64,000 bases of DNA from positions 628 through 64,627 of the forward strand of contig DAIUDD010000001.1 of the NCBI GenBank assembly GCA_036845805.1. Reading direction: 5' to 3'. Source of the stretch: Patescibacteria group bacterium. Its GTDB lineage: Bacteria; Patescibacteriota; Patescibacteriia; UBA2196. The translations under genes were made by a program, and so were the position numbers. Below, in pieces: positions 54,360 to 63,435 of the stretch; position 1 is the stretch's first letter, and each line of letters opens with the position of its first letter. The notes beneath the pieces are model-generated. The model was given only the letters and a program-made list of their open reading frames with translations. It had not been told where the DNA came from and ran no database searches.

Positions 54360-54445
54360 GTCATTTTGAGAAGCAAAGCGACGAGGAATCCCAATATAAA
54401 TTTAAAAGAGATCCTTCGCCCCGCATTTGCGGTGTTCAGGATGAC
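54360..54445 (+). repeat. GTCAT-family MITE with both arms related to the GIY-YIG element TIRs
   Basis: gtcattttgagaagcaaagcgacgaggaatccc...AT loop...agagatccttcgccccgcatttgcggtgttcaggatgac. Compare with 280-311 and 631-658. Confidence 0.7.
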
Positions 54446-54460
54446 AACCGTTTAGTTTTT

Positions 54461-54907
54461 ATGAAAGTCATTTTACTAAAAAATATTGATAAACTTGGTC
54501 AAAAAAATGACATCAAAAATGTTTCTGATGGTTATGCTTTGAATTATTTATTGCCATTAAAATTAGCCCTGCCGGTTAACGCCGCTAACTTAAAAAATAT
54601 TAATGATCAAGCGCATAAAATTTTGACCACCAAAAATAAACTTGATAATCAATGGGAAAAAATAAGCAAAATTTTAACTAACAAAAAATTTGTAATTAAA
54701 AAAACTACCTCTGATCGGGGTAAATTATTCGCCGCGGTTAATCTTGATGATGTGCTGTTGACTATTAAAAAATCAACCGGGCTGATTATTGAAAAATCTC
54801 AAGCCAGTTTAGAAGGCGCGCACATTAAAGAAACCGGCTCTCATAATGCGATTTTAGTTATTCCGCATCATAAAATTAATTTAACCGTTCAAGTGGAAGC
54901 TGAGTAA
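54461..54907 (+). CDS. rplI: 50S ribosomal protein L9
   Basis: MKVILLKNIDKLGQKNDIKNVSDGYALNYLLP. Confidence 0.85.
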   Translation: MKVILLKNIDKLGQKNDIKNVSDGYALNYLLPLKLALPVNAANLKNINDQAHKILTTKNKLDNQWEKISKILTNKKFVIKKTTSDRGKLFAAVNLDDVLLTIKKSTGLIIEKSQASLEGAHIKETGSHNAILVIPHHKINLTVQVEAE

Positions 54908-55095
54908 TTTTTTATAAATAATAAAAACCGGCCATTAAAGCCGATTTTTGTTTTGATTTTTATCTTTTTCCGCGCTTGCGTCCAAGTTTTTTCTTAGCTA
55001 TTTTTTTCATTTGTTCTTGGCGCGCTTTTTTAGCACTGCATCCACCCATATATTTTTTTATCTCATTCCTTGACCCCCAAAGAATCAAGGAGAGA

Positions 55096-55371
55096 CTATT
55101 TAATAATCGAAACAAATTTAGTTAATTTTAAACTGCCGTCAAATTTTCTTTTTTTCCTAGCATAAAAATGGACTTTGCCCGTCGCGGCGGCAAACAAAGT
55201 ATCATCGCCGCCTTTTTTAACATTTAATCCAGCGTGTATCGGTGTGCCTCTTTGACGCACTAAAATTGAACCGGCATTTACTTGTTGGCCTTCATAACGT
55301 TTAGTCCCTAGTCTTTTAGAAATTGAATCGCGGCCCAACCGAGTCGAACCGCCAGCTTTACGATGTGCCAT
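55096..55371 (-). CDS. rpmA: 50S ribosomal protein L27
   Basis: [43 protein letters not shown]. The ORF-track start at 55410 adds a non-homologous extension. Confidence 0.85.
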   Translation of the reverse strand: MAHRKAGGSTRLGRDSISKRLGTKRYEGQQVNAGSILVRQRGTPIHAGLNVKKGGDDTLFAAATGKVHFYARKKRKFDGSLKLTKFVSIIK

Positions 55372-55586
55372 ATAAAAAATAAGCGAAATTAAACGAACCT
55401 CGAGAACCAAGGACGCTAATTAACGCCAAAATAAATATTTAAATAACGTTTGTATTTTAGCAGAAGGTTAAAGAAGTGTCAAATTGCAGTAATTGGATAA
55501 ATAGGGTATGATTATAATGATTATCAATAATCAAGTTAAATATAAATTTTTGTTTGAAAATTAAAAATTTAAAATTATAAATATAT

Positions 55587-55973
55587 ATGTATAGTCCTAT
55601 CGTTTTAGAACATTTTAAAAATCCACACAATCAGGGCTCCATCGCCGATGCCGATGCCGTTGGTCAAGTTGGCAATCCAGTTTGTGGTGATATTATGAAA
55701 TTATATATCAAATTTAGAGAAGCTGATAAAAGTTTGCCGGTGGCAGAAAGAATTATTGAAGATGTAAAATTTGAAACCTTGGGTTGTGGCGCGGCTATTG
55801 CTTCCACATCGATGTTAACAGATTTAATTAAAGGCAAGACAGTGACCGAGGCACTTAAGGTTTCCAAGCAAGACGTCGCCGAAGCGCTTGGCGGTTTGCC
55901 AGCTGCAAAAATTCATTGCTCAATTTTAGCCACTGAAGCTCTGGAAGAAGCAATTAAGAAACTTAAAAATTAA
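55587..55973 (+). CDS. iscU: Fe-S cluster assembly scaffold IscU/SufU-type (NifU N-terminal domain)
   Basis: NPVCGDIMKLYIKF, LGCGAAIAS and HCSIL conserved Cys. Confidence 0.85.
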   Translation: MYSPIVLEHFKNPHNQGSIADADAVGQVGNPVCGDIMKLYIKFREADKSLPVAERIIEDVKFETLGCGAAIASTSMLTDLIKGKTVTEALKVSKQDVAEALGGLPAAKIHCSILATEALEEAIKKLKN

Positions 55974-56062
55974 GAAATAGATAAATAAAGAAATTAAAGT
56001 AATAAATTAATTAAATTGCGTTAGTTCGCGTAGTTATTCGCGTAAATTCGCGCTAAATTTAT

Positions 56063-56500
56063 ATGAAAAACCCCATTATTCGTTCAATTTATGTTTATCT
56101 TTTTTCTTTGGTCGGTTTAGCCATGTTAGTTATTGGCGCCGCCATGATTATTAATTTGGGTTTAAAAACCTGGATTTTTACTCAAGTTGACAAAGTGGAT
56201 ATTATGAACCAGCAGCCCGTGCCGTTGTATTTTATGAAAGAAGTTTCCACCGTTGAAAATTTACAAGCTTGCCAAGATAAATGTCTTTTAACTGCCAGTG
56301 AAAAAGAACAAATTAAAAATTGGCTTAATGATTATAAGAGCTGGCAAGAACAAGAAAAAAACCGTGATCCAAATTTTTATCGCTTGCAAAATCGCCAACG
56401 TCAGGCGGCTACTGCTATTTCTTTAATTTTAGTTGGCTTGCCATTATGGTTATTTCATTGGGGAGTGATTAAAAAAGATAATAAAGAAAAAAGTGAATAA
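56063..56500 (+). CDS. Hypothetical membrane protein
   Basis: Two TM helices; 145 aa. Confidence 0.35.
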   Translation: MKNPIIRSIYVYLFSLVGLAMLVIGAAMIINLGLKTWIFTQVDKVDIMNQQPVPLYFMKEVSTVENLQACQDKCLLTASEKEQIKNWLNDYKSWQEQEKNRDPNFYRLQNRQRQAATAISLILVGLPLWLFHWGVIKKDNKEKSE

Positions 56501-56512
56501 TTAATTTTTTGT

Positions 56513-56593
56513 GTCATCCCCGCGTAAGCGGGGATCTCGTGAACCAAGAGTTTGTAACAAAGATTCTGGGATTCCCGCTTTCGCGGGAATGAC
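56513..56593 (+). repeat. GTCAT-family composite element (termini gtcatcc...gggaatgac)
   Basis: gtcatccccgcgtaagcggggatc...aagattc...gggattcccgctttcgcgggaatgac. The ORF-track reads it as an N-terminal extension of nfu. Confidence 0.7.
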
Positions 56594-56603
56594 AATAATA
56601 TTT

Positions 56604-56843
56604 ATGTCTACACAAAATATTCAAGAAAAAATACAACAAGAATTAGAATTAATTCGTCCGCATTTACAAATGGATGGTGGCGATGTTGAATTGGTGGAAT
56701 TTAATGAACAAAAAGGCGTTTTAAAATTGCGTCTTCAAGGCGCTTGCGTTGGTTGTCCTATGAGCGCCATGACTTTACAAGAAGGCATTGGCCGCGCTAT
56801 TAAAGAAAAAATACCTGAAGTAAAAGAAGTGATGGCAGTGTAA
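56604..56843 (+). CDS. NifU-like C-terminal domain protein (Nfu)
   Basis: LELIRPHLQMDGGDVELVEF...LQGACVGCPMSAMTLQ. Confidence 0.8.
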   Translation: MSTQNIQEKIQQELELIRPHLQMDGGDVELVEFNEQKGVLKLRLQGACVGCPMSAMTLQEGIGRAIKEKIPEVKEVMAV

Positions 56844-56925
56844 TAATTGAATAACGAATCAAGAATTATGAATTATGGTTTTTAAATTCCATTATTCATT
56901 ATCCATAATACATAATACAAATTTT

Positions 56926-58107
56926 ATGAAAATCTATTTTGATCATGCGGCTACTACCCCGGTTGATAAACAGGTATTAGAAGCAATGCAACCATATTTT
57001 AGTGAAAAATTTGGCAATGCCTCTTCGGTGCATTCTTTTGGCCAGGAAGCTGAACAAGCCGTGAGTGAAGCCAGAAAAAGGGTGGCGGATTTTTTAAATT
57101 GTAATTCCGAAGAAATAATTTTTACTTCTGGCGCCACTGAAGCAGACAATTTGGCAATAATTGGCATTTGTCATCCTGAACTTTTTTCAGGATCTCTTAG
57201 TAAAGAGACAAAACCACACATTATCACCACGGCTTTTGAGCACCCAGCAGTTTTGGAAACCTGCAAATATTTAGAAAAGAAAGGCGTGGAAGTGAGTTAT
57301 GTTAAACCAGACAGCGAAGGCATTATTCATGTTGAAGATATTGAAAAAGAAATTAAAAATAATACCATTTTAATTTCTGTTATGTATGTTAATAATGAAA
57401 TTGGCACGGTGCAACCGATAAAAAACATTGGCGATTTGTTAAAAAAAATAAACGCCGAAAGAACTAATAAAATATATTTTCATACCGATGCAGTGCAAGC
57501 CACACTTTACCAAGATATGAATGTAGAAAATTTAGGTGTAGATTTGATGTCAATTTCTGGTCATAAAATTTATGGGCCAAAAGGCATCGGTGTTTTATAT
57601 GTTAAAAAAAATACACCCCTAAAAAATATACAACATGGCGGTCATCATGAATTTGGCAAAAGAGCGGGCACTTTAAATACTCCGGGTATTGTGGGTATGG
57701 GCCAAGCCATTGAATTAATAAAAGATCATGATCAAGAAAAAATAAAAAACTTACGCGATTATTTGTGGAGCGAATTACAAAAAAATATTTCCGATTTAAA
57801 ATTAAACGGCAGTTTGGAAAAAAGAACTCCAGGCAATTTGAATTTTTCCGTTAATGGTGTGGAAGGCGAGGCACTTTTATTGGGGCTTGATTTGGCAGGT
57901 GTTGCCATTTCTACTGGTTCGGCTTGTTCATCGGGTTCCTTAGAGCCATCGCATGTTTTAATGGCTATTGGCTTAAGCCATGAATTGGCCCATGGCAGTT
58001 TACGAATTACTTTGGGTTATGAAAATACCAAAGAAGAATGCGATCAATTTGTGAAAACTCTGAAGCCTTTGGTGGAAAAATTTAGAGCTATGGCGCCGAA
58101 GGGATGA
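56926..58107 (+). CDS. iscS: Cysteine desulfurase (IscS/NifS family)
   Basis: MKIYFDHAATTP, PLP Lys in SISGHKIYGPKGIG, and catalytic loop SACSSGS. Confidence 0.9.
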   Translation: MKIYFDHAATTPVDKQVLEAMQPYFSEKFGNASSVHSFGQEAEQAVSEARKRVADFLNCNSEEIIFTSGATEADNLAIIGICHPELFSGSLSKETKPHIITTAFEHPAVLETCKYLEKKGVEVSYVKPDSEGIIHVEDIEKEIKNNTILISVMYVNNEIGTVQPIKNIGDLLKKINAERTNKIYFHTDAVQATLYQDMNVENLGVDLMSISGHKIYGPKGIGVLYVKKNTPLKNIQHGGHHEFGKRAGTLNTPGIVGMGQAIELIKDHDQEKIKNLRDYLWSELQKNISDLKLNGSLEKRTPGNLNFSVNGVEGEALLLGLDLAGVAISTGSACSSGSLEPSHVLMAIGLSHELAHGSLRITLGYENTKEECDQFVKTLKPLVEKFRAMAPKG

Positions 58108-58217
58108 ATTATAAATTAAGAATTATTAATTAAGAATAAATATAAAAAAACAAAAATTAAATAAAATTTTTTAGTCTTAAATCGTAAATCTTAATTCTTA
58201 CCTCTTAAATCTTTTTT

Positions 58218-58565
58218 ATGTTCAAATCTTTTTATTTTAAAGACAAAATTATTAAATGGAATTTAATTTTTGGTTTAATCTTTAATTTGCTTCTATGGTG
58301 TTTAATGTATTTTCGCATGCCCATTCAAGTTGAGCCAATTGTTTTGCGTTATAATATCTATGTCGGTATTAATTTAATTGGTCCGTGGTATGCGGCTTAT
58401 TATTTCCCTGGCCTTGGTTTATTGATTTTTTTAATCAATTTTATTTTCGGCCGCCTGCTTTATAAAAAAGATTATCTTTTACCGCGCCTTCTGGCCACAG
58501 TTTCTTTACTTTGCCAAATTATTTTATTATCTATTGGGGCTCTTTTAGTTATTGTTAACAGCTAA
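58218..58565 (+). CDS. Hypothetical membrane protein (115 aa)
   Basis: Three TM helices. Confidence 0.3.
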   Translation: MFKSFYFKDKIIKWNLIFGLIFNLLLWCLMYFRMPIQVEPIVLRYNIYVGINLIGPWYAAYYFPGLGLLIFLINFIFGRLLYKKDYLLPRLLATVSLLCQIILLSIGALLVIVNS

Positions 58566-58570
58566 TTTTT

Positions 58571-59263
58571 ATGAGTGATAATCTCGCAAAAAATTTAATT
58601 ATCAAAGTAGGGGACAGAGAATTTTCGCGTTATCCTCTTAAAACCCATTTAATTACCAAAGATGATCAGCTGGCTGATGTCATTGAAAAATATGTGCTGC
58701 CGGTTTCACAAATTGGCGATATGATTGTGATGTCCGAGCGCATGGTAGCTATTACCCAAGGGCGCCTGATTCACGAAAGCGAAATTAAAGCTTCTTTTCT
58801 GGCAAAATTTTTAATTAAATTTGTAAAAAAGTGGCCTAATGATCCGGGATTTCGCAATGCCAAAAAAATGCAAGTGGCGATTAATATGATTGGCTACCCG
58901 AGAATTTTATTAGCTGCCCTAGTGAGCGCCCTAACCAAGCCTTTTGGCATCCGCGGTCTGTTTTATAAAATCTGCGGCCACGAAGTCGCCGAAATTGACG
59001 GCTTTGCCCAAGGTACTATTCCACCCTATGATCAATATGCGGTTCTTGGGCCAAAAGACCCCGCCGGTGTTTGTGAAGATTTAAAACAGAAATTTAATTT
59101 GGACTTTGCTATTGTCGATGCTAATAATATTGATGTCGCAATTCTCGGCACGAGTAAAAATTTTCCTCTGACTCATGCTGATTTACGCCTTGCTTTTATT
59201 GATAACCCAATTGGTCAAGGTTTAGAGCAAACTCCAATTTGTATTGTAAGAGAAAAAGTATAA
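58571..59263 (+). CDS. CofE-like (F420-0:gamma-glutamyl ligase family) protein
   Basis: GDMIVMSERMVAITQGR and VDANNIDVAILG resemble the CofE/FbiB N-terminal domain. Tentative. Confidence 0.4.
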   Translation: MSDNLAKNLIIKVGDREFSRYPLKTHLITKDDQLADVIEKYVLPVSQIGDMIVMSERMVAITQGRLIHESEIKASFLAKFLIKFVKKWPNDPGFRNAKKMQVAINMIGYPRILLAALVSALTKPFGIRGLFYKICGHEVAEIDGFAQGTIPPYDQYAVLGPKDPAGVCEDLKQKFNLDFAIVDANNIDVAILGTSKNFPLTHADLRLAFIDNPIGQGLEQTPICIVREKV

Positions 59264-59264
59264 T

Positions 59265-59295
59265 GTAGGGACAGGTCGCGACCTGTCCTGTTTTT
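59265..59295 (+). terminator. Intrinsic terminator formed by the 20-bp palindrome GGACAGGTCGCGACCTGTCC plus T-tract
   Basis: gtagggacaggtcgcgacctgtcctgtttttt lies 2 nt after the stop of the 58571-59263 gene. The same palindrome occurs inside rsmI and ruvX. Confidence 0.7.
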
Positions 59296-59494
59296 TATCC
59301 TTGCCTTTTGAAGGCGGGGTAGGGGGTTTATTTTAAAATAAAACACCGCCCCGACAAATGTTGTCGGGACGGTCAAACTCATTTCATGTATGCGGGTGTG
59401 GCAGAAATGTCACAGCCCGTCTCCACCTCTTCCATGGGCTTAATGATTCCTGCCCACAAAAAAAATCGGCAAAGGCGGAGTCGAAATTTTTTTC

Positions 59495-59680
59495 TCACAA
59501 CCACCTCCTCCTGAAGTTTTTGTCCAGCGCCGCGTAGAACGCAACGGCCCACACGACACTGAGAAGTACGTTCCCCACCACGTGGCCGGCGTTGCTAAAC
59601 GGCTCTTGCTGAAAAACGCAGAAGCACAAAAAAAGAGCCATACCAGCCAAGACCGCAATGATTTTTTTGGTCTTCATCAC
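59495..59680 (-). CDS. Small membrane protein (61 aa), GC-rich
   Basis: gggaggg RBS and two TM helices. GC is well above the flanking sequence. Confidence 0.35.
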   Translation of the reverse strand: MMKTKKIIAVLAGMALFLCFCVFQQEPFSNAGHVVGNVLLSVVWAVAFYAALDKNFRRRWL

Positions 59681-59916
59681 ACCCTCCCATATTTTAGTTA
59701 ATGTTTATAATTATAGCACAAAATGAAAAACTTGTCAAGGTCTAATGAATAAGCTAATATTAGCCATTATAATTTTTTTAAATTTAAATAATCTCAATTG
59801 ACAAAACAGGAATCTGTCTTTGTGTTTTTATGTATTTTTTATTATAATACATTATATCAGTTTTTTCCATAAATAAAGCCATTATTAACTCCTAACGCGC
59901 ATTTTACATTAAATTC

Positions 59917-59991
59917 CGGAGTGTGGTATAAAGGCTATTACGCACGCTTCGGGTGCGTGTAATCCCGGTTCAATTCCGGGCACTCCGACCA
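59917..59991 (+). tRNA. tRNA-Pro (anticodon CGG), CCA encoded
   Basis: Acceptor CGGAGTG/CACTCCG, anticodon stem CACGC/GCGTG, loop TTCGGGT (G37), T-arm CCCGG-TTCAATT-CCGGG, terminal ACCA. Confidence 0.75.
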
Positions 59992-60029
59992 AAATAATCT
60001 AATTAACGCCGATTTTTCGGCCTAATAAT

Positions 60030-60158
60030 ATGGAAGACAAATGTGTTGTTTGTGAAGTTGAGTTGCATGATGGCAACACTTGTTCTTGTCACCCAGACCA
60101 TTGTAAGGATTGTTGCTCTTGCGAGCCAGATTGTGGTTGTGGCTGCAAACCAGAATAG
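60030..60158 (+). CDS. Cys-rich 42-aa peptide (metallothionein-like), unannotated in ORF track
   Basis: MEDKCVVCEVELHDGNTCSCHPDHCKDCCSCEPDCGCGCKPE has 12 Cys in 42 residues, in CxxC, CxC and CC motifs. It starts 39 nt after tRNA-Pro. Confidence 0.4.
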   Translation: MEDKCVVCEVELHDGNTCSCHPDHCKDCCSCEPDCGCGCKPE

Positions 60159-60247
60159 TGTTTTAAAAACATAACTTTAATTGGCTGCATTTAACCATTA
60201 ATGCCATTTTTTGTTATTCCCTAAAGTTTTATTATCTTAAATATTTT

Positions 60248-61507
60248 ATGGATCTCTTTACTGATCATTATCAAAAAAATTGGCGCACTACCGCTCCTTT
60301 AGCCGAACGGCTTCGACCAACAAAACTGGAAGATTTTGTTGGGCAAGAAGAAATTGTCGGCCCCAATTCTTTATTACGAAAAGATATTGCTGCCAATCAG
60401 TTAAGTTCTTTAATTTTTTGGGGCCCGCCCGGGAGTGGTAAAACTACGCTAGCGACCGTGATTGCCAATTTGACCAAATCTTTTTTTATTGAAATTTCAG
60501 CCGTCTCTGCTGGCATTACTGATTTACGCACCGCGATTAAGCAAGCCGCTGACCAAATAAAATTTTATCAGCGTCCAACAATTTTATTTGTTGATGAAAT
60601 TCATCGCTGGAATAAAGCCCAGCAAGATGCTCTCTTGCCTTATGTGGAAAAGGGTCTGATAATTTTAATTGGTGCGACCACTGAAAATCCTTCTTTTGAA
60701 GTGATTGCCCCTTTATTGTCTCGGGTTAGAATTTTTACTCTAAAACCTCTCACGCCCTTAAATTTAAAAATTATTATTAATCGAGCCCTAAAAGACGAAA
60801 TTAACGGTCTTGGTAAATATCGGGCCAAAATAGATCCAGCAGCAGAAAATTTTTTAATTCAAACCAGCAATGGTGATGCGCGTGTTATGCTTAATGTTTT
60901 GGAAGTTGCTATTAAAAATTGCGCTTTAGATAAATTTGATGAGCGTCTGATTGATATTAATTTAATTTCCGAAGCTTTTCAACATCCACCACTTAAATAT
61001 GATAAATCTGGCGAAGAACATTATAATGTTATTTCTGCTTTTATTAAATCAATGCGCGGTTCAGATGTTGATGCTGCTCTTTATTGGTTGGCGCGCTTAC
61101 TTACCGCTGGCGAAGATCCAAAATTTATTGCTCGGCGGATGATTATTTTTTCTTCGGAAGATATTGGTAATGCCGACTCTATGGCTCTCGTGGTAGCCAA
61201 TGCCGTTTTTTCGGCTGTAGAAAAAATTGGTTTGCCCGAATGCCGTATTAATTTGGCCCAGGGGGTGGTTTATTTAGCCAAGGCACCCAAGTCTAACAAG
61301 TCCTATCTTGGTCTTTTAAACGCCGAGGCCGAAGTGAAACAAAGTTTAAACTTGCCCGTGCCTTTGCATTTGCGTAATGCCGTCACCAATTTAATGAAAG
61401 AATGGGGTTATGGCGAGAATTATAAATATCCGCATTTGGAAGATGATTCAGCGCAAAAATATCTGCCGGATAAGTTGATTGGCAAAAAATTTTATCATGA
61501 TTTGTAA
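60248..61507 (+). CDS. rarA: Replication-associated recombination protein A (RarA/MgsA AAA+ ATPase)
   Basis: RPTKLEDFVGQEEIVG, Walker A GPPGSGKTTLA, FVDEIHRWNKAQQD and the MgsA C-terminal domain. Confidence 0.9.
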   Translation: MDLFTDHYQKNWRTTAPLAERLRPTKLEDFVGQEEIVGPNSLLRKDIAANQLSSLIFWGPPGSGKTTLATVIANLTKSFFIEISAVSAGITDLRTAIKQAADQIKFYQRPTILFVDEIHRWNKAQQDALLPYVEKGLIILIGATTENPSFEVIAPLLSRVRIFTLKPLTPLNLKIIINRALKDEINGLGKYRAKIDPAAENFLIQTSNGDARVMLNVLEVAIKNCALDKFDERLIDINLISEAFQHPPLKYDKSGEEHYNVISAFIKSMRGSDVDAALYWLARLLTAGEDPKFIARRMIIFSSEDIGNADSMALVVANAVFSAVEKIGLPECRINLAQGVVYLAKAPKSNKSYLGLLNAEAEVKQSLNLPVPLHLRNAVTNLMKEWGYGENYKYPHLEDDSAQKYLPDKLIGKKFYHDL

Positions 61508-61612
61508 CTCCGAACTTTAGTTCGGATAGTTTTTATCATGATTTGTAACTCCGAACTTTAGTTCGGATAGTTGTTATATCTTGTAACTCCGAACTTTAGT
61601 TCGGAATTCATA
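61504..61612 (+). repeat. Three tandem REP hairpins (tgtaactccgaactttagttcgga), including a duplication of the last rarA codons
   Basis: The 41-bp unit tttatcatgatttgtaactccgaactttagttcggatagtt is repeated. Palindromic core ccgaact-tt-agttcgg. A fourth copy lies at 62346-62369. Confidence 0.8.
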
Positions 61613-61616
61613 ATAT

Positions 61617-62093
61617 ATGAAATATCTAAATTTACCCATACGCCCGCGCTTACCACACACAGAATATATCGGTCAAAAAAGATATTTTATTACTATTAAT
61701 TCTTTTAATCGAAAAAACTATTTTGTTGATAAAAAAATAATTTCTTTTATAAAACCTCATTTGTTTGAAAGTTTAAAGAGTTATAATTTTGAAGTTTGGA
61801 TTTTTCTTTTTATGCCCGATCATTTGCATCTATTATTAGAAGCTAAAGATATAAATTGTAATTTAGAAAATTTTATTAAAGATTTTAAACAAAAATCTAG
61901 TTATTGTTTTAAAAAAATTTTTCGGCAAAGATTATGGGCCAAAAGTTATTGGGATCATATTTTAAGAAAAGACGAGGATATTACCGGTATAGTTTATTAT
62001 ATTTTGTATAATCCCGTGAGAAAAGGATTGATTAAGGACTGGAAGGAATATCAATGGTGGGGTTCCACGCTTTTTAAAAAAGATGAATTTTAA
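61617..62093 (+). CDS. REP-associated tyrosine transposase (RAYT; IS200/IS605 TnpA-like, Y1 HUH)
   Basis: HUH motif MPDHLHLLLEA and catalytic Tyr motif YILYNPVRKGL; 158 aa; flanked by REPs. Confidence 0.8.
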   Translation: MKYLNLPIRPRLPHTEYIGQKRYFITINSFNRKNYFVDKKIISFIKPHLFESLKSYNFEVWIFLFMPDHLHLLLEAKDINCNLENFIKDFKQKSSYCFKKIFRQRLWAKSYWDHILRKDEDITGIVYYILYNPVRKGLIKDWKEYQWWGSTLFKKDEF

Positions 62094-62345
62094 TCCCATC
62101 TAAAGATGGGAGTTACATTCCGGCCTAAAGGCCGGAGTTACATTTTAAAAACCACCACGCGTTGACATGATGGTTTTTTTAATCTTCACCTTACCCCCTG
62201 TTAGCGCAAGATCAAAACAGGAAAACCTGCTTAACCTTGACTTAGACTACTCGATCTAGCTAGGAGGAAGCCGTCACTTTGGTCACTAAACAAGGGGAAA
62301 GGTAAAGATTATGATTTTGAACCTTTGTTCAGAAGTATTATGTCT

Positions 62346-62369
62346 TGTAACTCCGAACTTTAGTTCGGA
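62346..62369 (+). repeat. REP copy downstream of the RAYT gene
   Basis: tgtaactccgaactttagttcgga. Confidence 0.8.
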
Positions 62370-62497
62370 CCTTTGTTAATAAAAAAATCCTCCCACCGAA
62401 ACTCCTGATATAAAACATGATTATCTATATAATATAATAATAAAAAATTAATTTGTCAAATTTAAAAAATAAAAAGGGCGCTATTTTCTCGCGCCCT

Positions 62498-63357
62498 CTA
62501 GAAGTCAAGTGGATCATCAAGACACAACTGACCCTGTCCTTCATCTTCGAGTAGATCGTATTCGTCCCCCCCTTTTGGCAGTCGTATTCTTAACAATCCT
62601 TTTCCTCGCGGTTTATGATTTTTTTTCCGGCCGTGATAATGCCGGTGGTTTAAGGCTCTTTCTACATCTCCCCACGTTTCTTGAGAAGTAAAAAGGTCTG
62701 GTTCCGGTGGTTTTTGTGTTAAGCCCGCTGGATTTTTTGCTGGCGGAAACTTTTTTCTTCTGTATCCTGGCGGTTCTAGATCTTTATAAATTACATCTTT
62801 CCAAACCGCCATTTTTAATCTTTCGTGCCATAAAAAATGTTTTCGTGCCGCTAAGCGCATTAGCACAAAAACATCTCTGGCCACCCGAGTTTCCGTGATG
62901 TGGGGTTTGCCCAAAATTCCCCTTTGCCCCGTGCTTGTTATTCGTCGCGGGTTTTTTTGGTCTTTTTGAAAAATCATCCACTGTTTTGTTTTTTGCCAGA
63001 CCACGCCCACCTTTTTTATATCAATTTCTTTTAGGCCTGGCGATCTGACAAATTTTGTTAAAAAGACCTTCCCGTTAATTTCTATGGTCCTGATTTGCCC
63101 CAAATCAAGACCTGATTCTTTTTCCGTTTTCATCTGCCCTTCTTTCAAAAAATCCCGCATTAAAGCGGGGTTTAATCGTTCCACCAATCACGGCCGCGGC
63201 CCCCCTTTCTTTTTTGTGGAGGTGATGGATTTTTTCTTTTCCATTCAGCTCTCTCTCTCTTTCTTTCTTCTTTTTCTTTTTTAATTCTTCTCTCAATTTT
63301 TTTTCGCTCTTCAATTTTTGCGGCTTCCTCTGGAAACAAATCCGCTTGTTTTGTCAT
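62498..63357 (-). pseudogene. GC-rich gene of unknown function, apparently split by a frameshift (KR-rich 61-aa N-terminal ORF plus 229-aa ORF)
   Basis: Strong aaggagg RBS before the ATG at 63357. Frames switch at 63172-63187 next to homopolymers (aaaaaag, gggggg). Lys/Arg-rich N-terminus; GC is well above background. Confidence 0.35.
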
Positions 63358-63435
63358 GTTAACCTCCTTAATTGCATGACAATTTTCATTTTTTAATTTT
63401 TTATTGTATATTTACAATATACCTTTTTTAATAAA

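Noticed and set aside
54975-55064. 29-codon Lys-rich ORF (MGGCSAKKARQEQMKKIAKKKLGRKRGKR) on the minus strand downstream of rpmA
   Set aside because: It is ribosomal-protein-like in composition, but no match to L32, L34, L36 or S21 signatures could be made by eye. It is mentioned only as a possibility.
61504-61612. Three evenly spaced direct repeats that superficially resemble a tiny CRISPR array
   Set aside because: The repeats are themselves palindromic REP hairpins, and the intervening 'spacers' are duplicated copies of the rarA 3' end. No cas genes are present and the array sits next to a RAYT transposase, so it is a REP cluster, not CRISPR.
63175-63230. Programmed -1 ribosomal frameshift at the A AAA AAG-like run in the 62498-63357 gene
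   Set aside because: In the upstream reading frame the heptamer is not in the canonical X_XXY_YYZ phase (codons read CAA AAA AGA), and two homopolymers sit side by side. A sequencing indel or a decaying gene is the more economical explanation.
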